Positions 10,811 to 19,690 of a stretch of 64,000 bases of DNA are shown piece by piece. This DNA is from Candidatus Krumholzibacteriota bacterium (GTDB taxonomy: Bacteria > Krumholzibacteriota > Krumholzibacteriia > JAJRXK01): NCBI GenBank assembly GCA_963727455.1, contig CAVSGG010000015.1:1-64000 (forward strand), read 5' to 3'. Made by a program: the position numbers and the translations under genes. A model generated the notes under the pieces. That model did not search any database. It was not told where the DNA came from and was given only the letters and a program-made list of their open reading frames with translations. Within the stretch, counting starts at the first letter, position 1. Every line of letters starts with the position of its first letter.

Positions 10811-10840
10811 ACGATAAGGTCCGTCCCCTCGGGCTGTCAA
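10811..10840 (-). promoter_or_regulatory. Putative sigma70 promoter for the lipoprotein gene
   Basis: TTGACA-N18-TATCGT. Confidence 0.5.
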
Positions 10841-10846
10841 CCGCTG

Positions 10847-11365
10847 CTAGTGCTTTCCCTTCAAGCCCGGGATCCACTCAATATCGCCCTGCAACCAGCT
10901 GCCGCGCAATTCCCGCTCGCTAGCACCCGTTGGCTGAGAGGTGAGCGAGAACGCGACCGAGGACGGCTTTGCCTGAAGTCCCGAAATGACGAGGGTCAGA
11001 GGAGTTCCTGCCGTCAGCGCGCCAATCTCGCCGAGACGATAGTCGGCGGGCTGACCCGCCACAAGCTCCCAGCGCGCGTGTACCGCGGCGCGCCCCTTGC
11101 GATCCAGCAGAGCCAGATCGAGCTCGCAACTACCCAGGCCGGCGTAGAAGCCGCTGAGAACCCACCCGCCTTGTGCTTGCGCGGTGATCCTGGGAACTAC
11201 CCAAAACCAGGAGCTCTGTCCCAGAGACTCATTGCCGAATGCAGTGAGATCGTCCTGTGCGCGACAGGGCGAAACGGGAGTGGGCAGTGTGAGGAGCAGC
11301 AGAACGAGCGCGGACAGAGCGGCCCGCGCTTCACGACGAAAAGAAACCACTGTCGATTCCCCCAT
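10847..11365 (-). CDS. Hypothetical exported protein (start uncertain)
   Basis: Signal-peptide-like segment ALSALVLLLLTLPTPVSPCRA followed by a beta-rich domain; same orientation as neighbours. Confidence 0.55.
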   Translation of the reverse strand: MGESTVVSFRREARAALSALVLLLLTLPTPVSPCRAQDDLTAFGNESLGQSSWFWVVPRITAQAQGGWVLSGFYAGLGSCELDLALLDRKGRAAVHARWELVAGQPADYRLGEIGALTAGTPLTLVISGLQAKPSSVAFSLTSQPTGASERELRGSWLQGDIEWIPGLKGKH

Positions 11366-11529
11366 GCGAGAGACAAGGGGACGCCGGCTCGAGGAGTTTC
11401 TCCTCCCTGTCAAAGTCCAGCCGTCCAGTGGTGCAAGGTAGCGCAGATTGCTCTTTTGGTACACCGAGCTTCTGGCTCGGGGCGCTGCTCCCAGAGTGGA
11501 GCGCCCTGCCGCGAAAGAGATCCTCCTCC

Positions 11530-12153
11530 TCAGCGCAGCGCGGGGAGCCTTCGGCAGGCCTCGATCAGACCCTGATGGTCCTGGAGTTTTCCGTCCCACA
11601 GCGCATGGAATACCTTCCAATGCCTCGGTAGCAGCAGCCCCCTCTCGGCGAAAGTGCGGAAGAACAGGCGGCGCCGCTCGGCCAGCGAGATTCCCGGCAG
11701 CAAGAGGGCTTTCAGACGTCCATCGGTCCACACGTCCCAACACGCCTGGAACGCGGCGGTGTCGTGGCGCGAAAGAGCCGCCGGGTCGATCCGTTTGCAC
11801 AGGAGGTCGTCCAGCTGCAGCAGATTGCGATGGAGCCAGCGATCGATGCGCAGGCGGTCGATTCGCTCGATGGCGAGTTCTTGGATGCGGTCCTCATCGA
11901 GATCTGCGGCACGGTGTTCCACCGCAGCTCGGGGGGTGAGAAAATCGAGGATGGAGGCATAGACGATGGCGCAAAGACCCTCGCGTTCGGTCTCGAGCTG
12001 CCAGAAGCCCCCCACTTCGAATTCGGGAGCATCCAAAACCAAGCGCAGAATCGCGAGTCGCGAGGAAAGCTTCAGCTTGGTCGCCGCCGCGAGCGCACTT
12101 TCTTGCAGTATGGCCCGCTGGGGAAATCGATCGGGGATCACTTCGGTTCGCAT
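11530..12153 (-). CDS. Hypothetical protein
   Basis: SD AGGAGGAG before ATG; 207-aa ORF with WDVWTDGRL segment. Confidence 0.7.
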   Translation of the reverse strand: MRTEVIPDRFPQRAILQESALAAATKLKLSSRLAILRLVLDAPEFEVGGFWQLETEREGLCAIVYASILDFLTPRAAVEHRAADLDEDRIQELAIERIDRLRIDRWLHRNLLQLDDLLCKRIDPAALSRHDTAAFQACWDVWTDGRLKALLLPGISLAERRRLFFRTFAERGLLLPRHWKVFHALWDGKLQDHQGLIEACRRLPALR

Positions 12154-12206
12154 GCTCTCCTCCTGACGGCACGCTAGCATCCAGAGCCGAGGCGGGCCAC
12201 AACGAC

Positions 12207-12239
12207 AAAGGGCCCGAAGCTCATGGCTCGGACCCTTTT
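12207..12239. terminator. Possible imperfect intrinsic terminator
   Basis: AAAGGGCCCGA...TCGGACCCTTTT imperfect inverted repeat with A/T tails, downstream of the 12289 gene. Confidence 0.4.
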
Positions 12240-12288
12240 CCCTACGGCCATGGGCCGCTTCAGGGTGCGTGAAGAATTCGTCCAGTTC

Positions 12289-12858
12289 TTAGAACTGCGC
12301 CTTCACCGCGCCCCAGCTCGAGCTCTGGGCCGGGACGGAGACCGAAAAAGTCCCATCGGTCGGCGTCATTTGGAACAGCGGAGGATTGATGTCGGAGCAC
12401 TGCGCATAGCGCGGCACGGCGTCGCCGTTGTCTCCGGGGAATCCGCTCAAGGAAATCGTCGAGCTCGGTACGGGAGACGGACAGTAGGCCAAAATCGTCA
12501 GAACCTCGTAGCTTGGGTTCCCTTGGCTGCTCACCCAGACGCAGCCCCCCAGACCCACCTGGACGCCGGCCGTGGCGCCACCATTCTGGTTCAGGTAAGT
12601 GAACGCCAGACTACCTTCGGCGAAGTCCTGCTGCAAAACGACGACCTCGGGGGGCAGATCGACCTTGAATTCCACACCCATAGCGATGTCCTCCATGTCA
12701 TACATGATCACATGGATTTTGAACGGGGTATTAGGTTGGAATACCATATTGTCCACAGTGGCATTACTGTCGAAGAAGATACCCAGTTTCGCTGCGACGG
12801 CGGGCGAGGCCACGCAGCTGATCAGCAGCATCAAACCAACCAAGCGCAAGCTTTTCAT
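12289..12858 (-). CDS. Secreted beta-sandwich (cohesin-like) protein with C-terminal SWGAVKAQF motif
   Basis: Sec signal MKSLRLVGLMLLISCVASPAVA; SD AAGGAG; ends in VPAQSSSWGAVKAQF. Confidence 0.8.
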   Translation of the reverse strand: MKSLRLVGLMLLISCVASPAVAAKLGIFFDSNATVDNMVFQPNTPFKIHVIMYDMEDIAMGVEFKVDLPPEVVVLQQDFAEGSLAFTYLNQNGGATAGVQVGLGGCVWVSSQGNPSYEVLTILAYCPSPVPSSTISLSGFPGDNGDAVPRYAQCSDINPPLFQMTPTDGTFSVSVPAQSSSWGAVKAQF

Positions 12859-13039
12859 GATGGTTGACTCCTTAGAGATTGATTTCGGGTCCGCTATCCA
12901 CCTACCCCGGCGATTCCGGTGGCGGCAGGGCCCTCTCTTGCGCTTTGCAAGCGATGGGGCGATGGACCTCCCGTTTTGCACCGCGGGCTCCCCTTCGAGA
13001 GGATTCCGCAGGCCCACGACAGGCCCTGGCGCATAAGCC

Positions 13040-13531
13040 ATGCCGTTTCGCCGCCTGTTCCGATACCTTCCTCACCCTTCCGTATGGGGTAGGCTGCTCC
13101 GTGATCCCGCCCGCCCCGCCCGGACCAGTGCCAGCGTCGGCTTGGGCGCTCTGGTGGGGGCCACCCCCGTCTTGGGAGTGCACACCTGGCTCGCGGCGGT
13201 CCTGGCCGGCCTGTTCCGGCTTCCCCCCGCCGCGGCCGTCCTCGGCAGCAACCTGAGCAACCCTTTGACGGTGATTCCACTGACCCTGCTCGAAATCCGC
13301 TGTGGAAGCTGGATCTTGGGAAGGGAGCTACCCTCGCTCTCCGGAAGGTGGAGTTGGAATATGCTGGCGCCCTACCTGGGCGCGGCCTGGGTGGGAACGA
13401 TTCCGGTGGGCCTCGCGATGGGAGCTCTCAGTGGAGGCGTGGTCTATTTGCTGCTGCGGCTGCGGGCGCGGGACTCTTCCGGCGGCTCTCCGCCTCAGAG
13501 CCGGGATGCGAAGGGATCCCGCTCGGAATAG
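13040..13531 (+). CDS. DUF2062-like membrane protein
   Basis: SVGLGALVGATPVLGVHT...SNPLT pattern and hydrophobic helices. Confidence 0.75.
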   Translation: MPFRRLFRYLPHPSVWGRLLRDPARPARTSASVGLGALVGATPVLGVHTWLAAVLAGLFRLPPAAAVLGSNLSNPLTVIPLTLLEIRCGSWILGRELPSLSGRWSWNMLAPYLGAAWVGTIPVGLAMGALSGGVVYLLLRLRARDSSGGSPPQSRDAKGSRSE

Positions 13532-16500
13532 AGCACGGTCAGACTCTCCTTGATGCGGCCCAAGACCCGGTAGTGCAACTCGGCCGGCTCGTGCCCGGTG
13601 CAGAGATAAAATCCGCGATCCAATTCCAAGCCAGCCAGCTCTTCGGCGCCCAAGAGCCAAACGCGGGGGCCCTTGGCCAGAGGGTCCACCAGGCCCGCCG
13701 GATCCAGGCCGAGCAAGACTCCCTGCCAGGGCATTGCAGCTCGCTCGTCGAGGTAAGCGGAGAGGCGCGCGGCCGCCGCGTCGTCCTTTTCCACGCGCGA
13801 CAAGAGGCGGGTACCCTGCAGAAGTTGTGCGGCGTCCCAGAGCGACTCGGCCCGCTCGAGGGAGCGCGCGAGCTCCCCCAAGGGCTGCAAGAAGGCCTCG
13901 GCCGGGTCCAGCGGTTTGAGAGTTCCCGCTACGAAGAGTTTGGCCAGCCATTCGCCGAGCTCAGCCGGATCGCGCTCGCCGGGGGACACTTCCGCGATCG
14001 AGAGAAGCGCGAGCGCCAGCGATCCCGCCATCAGCGGTTCCAAATTGGGTCCCTTCGCGGCCAGAGCGAGAGACAAAAGAAGTTCGCGCGGACCAGGTAC
14101 GCAGGCCGGCATCACCTGCCCGGCGGGCCACACGGCAATCTCCGCTTCGCGGAGACGGGATGCCAGTCGCGGCAAGTCCCCATCGTAAGTGATGACGATG
14201 CCCACCCGCTGGCGTTGCCACTGCTCTCCACTGAGCGCGCTCTCGATGTGATGCACGCAGGCCTCGAGGTTGAGAACCTGCTGACGAGTGAGACGGCCCT
14301 TTTCGCGGCTGCGCGCTTTGATCGAACCGCGTCCGAGCAGATCTTCCCGCAAAAGAACTTCGCCCGCGCGGGCCAGCTCCCGCGGAAGACGATGGCTCCT
14401 GCGCACGCCGGTATCTCCCCGCAGCGGCGATCCCACCGGCAGAAGCGCCGGGTCCGCCGCCGCCAAACGGAAACCCTCGGGGAAGAGACGATCCAGGAAT
14501 GCAGCTTCGTCGCTGGGAATCACATCGAAATCGTCCACGAAAACTCTGGCGTAACGATCGCGCCAAGCTTCTCCGACATAGGGATGTTCCACCAACCAGC
14601 GACGCGACAGAACACCCAGCTCGTGCGGCAGAACGAAGCCGCCCTCACACCGCACATCCGCCGCGCTCCGCTGCAGCAGGGAAATGTCCAAGCCCTCCGA
14701 TCCCGCAGCGGCCAAAGCCACTCCTTCGCCGCCCTCGACCACGCGACGCATATCCATGAGATCCACCGGGGGACTCACCCCCGCCTCGCGCGCGTAGCGG
14801 CGGCTGGTTTCGCGGATGAGCCTACGCCGCAAGTCCTCGCTCTCGGGAGCGACGGACAATATCTGCGGCGGTCTGGCAAATCCGCCGAGCTGGTAGTGGC
14901 AGCGCAGAAAATCGAGCACCAGCTCGCGCATGGTCACCACGAGCAAGCGCCCGGCCGGCAACTCGTTCTCACGCGCCATCTCGGCCCAGCGCAAGAGTCC
15001 GGTCGTGTTGGCCACGATCACCAGGGGGGTCGCAGCTCGCGGATCCTCTTGCGTCTTTGCGAAGAGCGCGCGGCTGCGTCCCGAACCCGGAACTCCGAGC
15101 AGCCAGGCCCCACTCGCTTGGAACTCCACTGCTTCGCCCCGTTTTTCCTTAGACCGTACCGCCATCTTGGGCCAGGGAGCCAGGGCGCTGGGCACCCCGG
15201 TGGGTGCGCTGCGAGCCATGTCCCTCCAGTGCAGAATCTCGTTCGTTTCGAGCTGCGGGATTGCGGGTCCGACGGGGCGCAGCTCGGCCGAGGGAGCTTC
15301 CAGGAGTCCTTCGCTCAGGCACCAGCCGAGGAATGCGCGCGCCGCCTCTCTGCGGGCGGTGTCACGAAAGAGATCGGCGAGGGATAAGCTACAAGCTTCT
15401 TCACGCTCGAAACCGAGTCCCGCCGTCGCCACCGTGTCCAGAGTTTGCACCAGCTCTCTGCTGCCTCTTTCCTGGATCTCCTCGACGGCAAATCCCTCAC
15501 TGGCCATCGAGCGCCAGATCTCCACTGCCGCGGCCAATTGAGACACCCTGGCGTCCTTGCGCGGATCTCCTTCCGGTCCCAGTCCCCTGCGCACTCGACC
15601 CTGCCGTGATCCCCGCGCGCGCAGCGCCCGCTCGATTCTCCCCAGGGCCTCGCGTGAGCGGAATTCGACTTCGGCGCGTGCCGCTTTCCAAGCCAAGCGG
15701 GAGAGCGGCGGCAGCTCCGTGGTCCCCTCTTGCCAGGAGTCATGGCCCTCGCCATCCCACATCAGGGGATGATCCATGAAGAGCAGTGTGCCGTGACGGC
15801 GCCCGCGCGCGTTGAGCCGAGCCAGAGCCGCGCGCAGGGACCCGGGATCCCGGGGAAGCCTGGTAAAGACCAACTCTCCCGTCGGCGGTTCTTCTTCCCA
15901 TAGATCCCTCAAGACTACCACCCGGACCGACCAGGTTCCCCCCAGAAGCGGCGCGAGTTCGTCCTGTGAAACGATTCCCAGATCACGGGCGAGGGCGTCG
16001 CGCTCGCGCGCGCTCTCCACGACCACCAGGAGTTCGTTCTTCAATCCCTGTCGCGAGAGCCAGTGCACTTGAGTTCCCCGCAGAGCCTGTTCGCCTTTAG
16101 CTCGATCGGAAGGAGTGGAGAGAAGTGCGTGACCGCAGTGAGAGCAGAGGGCGAAAAGGTGCGGTAGCGTCTGTTCACGCTCGCAATGCGTGCAGTGCCA
16201 GATTGGATCTTCCAGTCGAATTCTCTGCCAGCTCCACCCCTCCAGCTCCCGTTTGGAACCGATGAGCGCGGCTTGGGCTTGCAACTCTCCGGCGAGAGCG
16301 GCGAGCGGACCACTCGCGCTCGCGTCGAATTGATCAGCCAATGCGAGACAGCTCAGGGAAGAGTCGAACTCGATAGCTCGGAGGGTGGCCAAGAGATTGG
16401 GATCGTGCGCGGGATGCGACTCGAGGAGACGATCGGCATCGGCGAAAAGTACGAAGCAGTGGCGCAAACCGGCTAGCCAACTGCGCCACTGCGATGAGCC

Positions 16501-19500
16501 GAGCAAATTTGGGGGAATGATCAAGAGATGAATTCGTCCTGTCTCCAGCTCCGAAGCGAGCTGTTGTCCCTGATGCTCGCCCTGACCCGCAACCGCGACC
16601 GCGAACGGCGCATCGGCAAAAAGGTCGGGATCCTCTTGACCGATCCACACCACGAACTGGGCATCCAGAGGCCCTCCATCCCGACTCTGCTCGGCCAAGG
16701 CGGCCGCGGTCCAGGCCAGAAGTACGCGGTCCTCGCGCCCGGCGCCTCCCAGAACGCGCCTTCCCCCACGCTGCAGGGGTCCCGCTGCATCGGCCAGGGA
16801 GCCAATCCGATCCTCGGACACTGCGCGCGCTACCCCCAGTCGCGCGCTCACCGCCCCGAGTCGCTCGGCGTCGAAGGGCTGCAACCAATTCGGGACGGCG
16901 CGACTCGAACTCTTGTCCAGGAGCTGGGCACCACCCGTGACCGGCGCGGGATCCGTAAGAATGGAGGAATTCGGCGAGACCGACCAGGCGTCGCCGAAGA
17001 GCTCGGCAAGCCGCGGGTCCACACAGGCCAACTCCTTGGAAGCGAAGGTGGCGCCCGCCGAGAGTCGCATGAGTGCGAGCACGCGATCCAGATCGCCGGG
17101 AGGTCCCAGAAGTGCGATGACTACCGCCTCGTGGGAACCCTTTCCCGTACCGCTCAGGGGGTGATTGCCTGCGAGGTCCTTCCAAGCGCCCACTGCGGCG
17201 GCGGGCGCGACCCAGGCTCGCGCGGAACGAGAGCGTTTGTTCCACGCCTGTACCCTGGCTCGGATCAGAGCGCGTGATTCCTGCCCGAGCACCCACGATC
17301 CCGGAGCATAGCCTGCGGGAGAGAGATGCAGCGCCAGCCCACGGCTCTCGCCCTCGACTACCGGGGCGAAGCTCCGACCCTCGGGAAGTCCACGCGAAAG
17401 CTCACGCGCCAGCGCATCGCTGAACGGGGCACACTGGCACCATGCGATCACGGTCTCAGCCGCCGCAGCGCGTTCCATGAGAGCATCCAGCACGCGCAGG
17501 GCCCGTTCGTCTTCCAATTCGGCGAACATCTCGACGAGATCGTCACACACCACTCGACGTGGGCCCGCTGACTCTCTCTCTTGGCGTTCGAGACATTCGG
17601 TCCACTCCAGCCACACCCGACTGAGGCGCCGCCGCGCCGCCACCTGTTCCGCCCAGCAACTCTGCGTCGGGGCCAGTCGGCAGGTTCCCTCGCACGAAGT
17701 GCATTCCTCGAGTCGCGCGAGGAGTTCTTCGCGCGCCGCGGTTCTGCCATTCGTACTGAGCCATCGAGTCAGATCTCCGTCGGGAGTGGTGGCGAGAAGA
17801 TGGTACAGCCAGAGCACGTCGAGCGAGCGCGATTCGTCCACCAGACTCTCTTCGATCCAACTGTCCAGAAGTGCGAGAACGGGTTCCGGACATACGAGCT
17901 TGTTGGGAGTGACTCCAACGCGGCGGGCATCGATATGCCCCACCAGGCCGGCGGCCAACTGGAGCACTCTCTCCTCCGTGCAACTGATCACGGTGCACGG
18001 CGCGGCGGAGAGTGCGCTGCCCATCAACTCTCCGCTACTGGGATGCCCGGCGATGAGCGTATCGGTGCCGGACAGCTCGATGGGAATGTGAGGCAGGCGG
18101 TGTCCCGGCCAGGGACGGTTGGCCAGAGAAGGCCACTCCAGGCGGGCTACTCCCCCCAAGGCATCCAGTTCCGTGATCTCCGACGAAGCAGGTTCATCCA
18201 GGGCTCGAAGCGCCTGCGCGAGCCGTCGGGGCAAGCTGAGTCCGACCTCCCCCAGAGCCTCCAGATTCCTCAGTCCCCAGTCGCTGCACAACGCCGCGGA
18301 TCCGGCCAGGGAAAGAAGTCTTGGACTGAGTTCGCGTGCAGCGTGAGTGAGGGCGGCCCACTGCTCGCCGAGAGCGTCAAGGGTCTGAGAAAAAAGGGGA
18401 TGCCACGCGCTTGGCTCGGCTCGTGTCCGCGCCGGCTCGACGGCGGTAAAGACGGACTCGAGTGTCCCCACGCACAGATGCGGCCTCTCTCCGAGCAGGG
18501 ACAAAATCCAGGGTGGGGGCGCGGGACCACAGAGCACGAGACAATCCTCCGGCAGCCAACGATCGACCGCGGCCAGAGCTTCCGTCATCGAGAGCGCAAA
18601 CGGGTCGTCCAGCTTGCTCGATTCGTCGCTCGGGCGCAGGAGGACGAGATCGACCGGGGCGCAGCCGTTCTGTTTGAGCAAGAGAACCCTCCCACCCGGT
18701 TCTCCCTCCCACGCGACCGCAGCGAGAACCGGAGCGCTTTGCGGCGGGTGACGGCTCTCGAGGAGTTCGACGAGATCTTGCGGAGGCCAGAGCAAACCGA
18801 AGTGTTTGGCGAGCGGGGCGAGCGCGTTCAAAGTGGACCCGTCGGCCCAGGCTGCGGCCAGTCTCTTTTCGTTACAGGCGAGGCCGGCCACGATGCGGAG
18901 CAAACTGGCGGGATCGCGTGGAGGGTAGACCGCCTGCAGCGCGAAGATTCCCTCCCGGAGCGCAGCCGGGGCCCCCAGTGGATTCAAGAGGAGGATGCGG
19001 CAGCGCAGCGCGAGCGCCTGTCCCTGCAGAGGATGTCCTTCACGATCGGCTAGTGGACCCAGTTGCATCAATAGCCAGGCAGAGATCGGCTGTAGCAAAT
19101 CCGCTTTGGTCGAAAGCCAGTCGTCCACCAACTCGCACAGCCAACTGCGGCCCTCGTCTCCCCCATCCACCGCTGAATCCAGGAGTTCTGGATTCACCGC
19201 CATGGCGTGGCGCAGGCAACCATTCAGGTAGGCGCGTACCGTGGCCCAGTGCTCGCTAGGACTCAAGTGGAAGAGCTTGGATTTTGTCTGGAAGGCGAGT
19301 GCGATCCCCAGCCGTGCCGTGGAGTCCAAATCGAGACTCTCCCAATTGTCAGCCAGCCTAGCCCGAGTATCGTTCTCGTGCAGAACCGCGACGTCTTGGA
19401 GATCCTTCAAGAGACGCTCCGCGGCGGCGGGGAAGGCGGGACCTTCCTCCTGCGGTTCCTCTCTCTTGACCAAACGGCGCACGCCGCGCAAGAGCGGCTC

Positions 19501-19641
19501 CACGCCCTTTTCCATCAGGGGCGCACGCAGCCGTGAACGCCCGTGGTTCTCACGGGCCGAGAAATAGAGTCGCTCTGCCGCGAGAAAATCTCCCGCCGTG
19601 AGACAGCGGCGCGATTCCTCGAGTTGAGACCAATAGCTCAT
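13495..19641 (-). CDS. 2048-aa multidomain protein: degenerate exonuclease-like/DinG-like/RecQ-like/UvrD-like fusion
   Basis: Uninterrupted ORF 49 bp downstream of leuS, with ordered helicase motif remnants (see findings). Confidence 0.8.
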   Translation of the reverse strand: MSYWSQLEESRRCLTAGDFLAAERLYFSARENHGRSRLRAPLMEKGVEPLLRGVRRLVKREEPQEEGPAFPAAAERLLKDLQDVAVLHENDTRARLADNWESLDLDSTARLGIALAFQTKSKLFHLSPSEHWATVRAYLNGCLRHAMAVNPELLDSAVDGGDEGRSWLCELVDDWLSTKADLLQPISAWLLMQLGPLADREGHPLQGQALALRCRILLLNPLGAPAALREGIFALQAVYPPRDPASLLRIVAGLACNEKRLAAAWADGSTLNALAPLAKHFGLLWPPQDLVELLESRHPPQSAPVLAAVAWEGEPGGRVLLLKQNGCAPVDLVLLRPSDESSKLDDPFALSMTEALAAVDRWLPEDCLVLCGPAPPPWILSLLGERPHLCVGTLESVFTAVEPARTRAEPSAWHPLFSQTLDALGEQWAALTHAARELSPRLLSLAGSAALCSDWGLRNLEALGEVGLSLPRRLAQALRALDEPASSEITELDALGGVARLEWPSLANRPWPGHRLPHIPIELSGTDTLIAGHPSSGELMGSALSAAPCTVISCTEERVLQLAAGLVGHIDARRVGVTPNKLVCPEPVLALLDSWIEESLVDESRSLDVLWLYHLLATTPDGDLTRWLSTNGRTAAREELLARLEECTSCEGTCRLAPTQSCWAEQVAARRRLSRVWLEWTECLERQERESAGPRRVVCDDLVEMFAELEDERALRVLDALMERAAAAETVIAWCQCAPFSDALARELSRGLPEGRSFAPVVEGESRGLALHLSPAGYAPGSWVLGQESRALIRARVQAWNKRSRSARAWVAPAAAVGAWKDLAGNHPLSGTGKGSHEAVVIALLGPPGDLDRVLALMRLSAGATFASKELACVDPRLAELFGDAWSVSPNSSILTDPAPVTGGAQLLDKSSSRAVPNWLQPFDAERLGAVSARLGVARAVSEDRIGSLADAAGPLQRGGRRVLGGAGREDRVLLAWTAAALAEQSRDGGPLDAQFVVWIGQEDPDLFADAPFAVAVAGQGEHQGQQLASELETGRIHLLIIPPNLLGSSQWRSWLAGLRHCFVLFADADRLLESHPAHDPNLLATLRAIEFDSSLSCLALADQFDASASGPLAALAGELQAQAALIGSKRELEGWSWQRIRLEDPIWHCTHCEREQTLPHLFALCSHCGHALLSTPSDRAKGEQALRGTQVHWLSRQGLKNELLVVVESARERDALARDLGIVSQDELAPLLGGTWSVRVVVLRDLWEEEPPTGELVFTRLPRDPGSLRAALARLNARGRRHGTLLFMDHPLMWDGEGHDSWQEGTTELPPLSRLAWKAARAEVEFRSREALGRIERALRARGSRQGRVRRGLGPEGDPRKDARVSQLAAAVEIWRSMASEGFAVEEIQERGSRELVQTLDTVATAGLGFEREEACSLSLADLFRDTARREAARAFLGWCLSEGLLEAPSAELRPVGPAIPQLETNEILHWRDMARSAPTGVPSALAPWPKMAVRSKEKRGEAVEFQASGAWLLGVPGSGRSRALFAKTQEDPRAATPLVIVANTTGLLRWAEMARENELPAGRLLVVTMRELVLDFLRCHYQLGGFARPPQILSVAPESEDLRRRLIRETSRRYAREAGVSPPVDLMDMRRVVEGGEGVALAAAGSEGLDISLLQRSAADVRCEGGFVLPHELGVLSRRWLVEHPYVGEAWRDRYARVFVDDFDVIPSDEAAFLDRLFPEGFRLAAADPALLPVGSPLRGDTGVRRSHRLPRELARAGEVLLREDLLGRGSIKARSREKGRLTRQQVLNLEACVHHIESALSGEQWQRQRVGIVITYDGDLPRLASRLREAEIAVWPAGQVMPACVPGPRELLLSLALAAKGPNLEPLMAGSLALALLSIAEVSPGERDPAELGEWLAKLFVAGTLKPLDPAEAFLQPLGELARSLERAESLWDAAQLLQGTRLLSRVEKDDAAAARLSAYLDERAAMPWQGVLLGLDPAGLVDPLAKGPRVWLLGAEELAGLELDRGFYLCTGHEPAELHYRVLGRIKESLTVLYSERDPFASRL

Positions 19642-19690
19642 GCAATCACGCCCAGCATGAGTTTGCGTGCCAAGTGAAAAAGACCCGCGG

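Noticed and set aside
13348-15387. 679-aa plus-strand ORF (and 17581..19053)
   Set aside because: Antisense to the 2048-aa gene with no recognisable motifs; long shadow ORFs are common in GC-rich DNA
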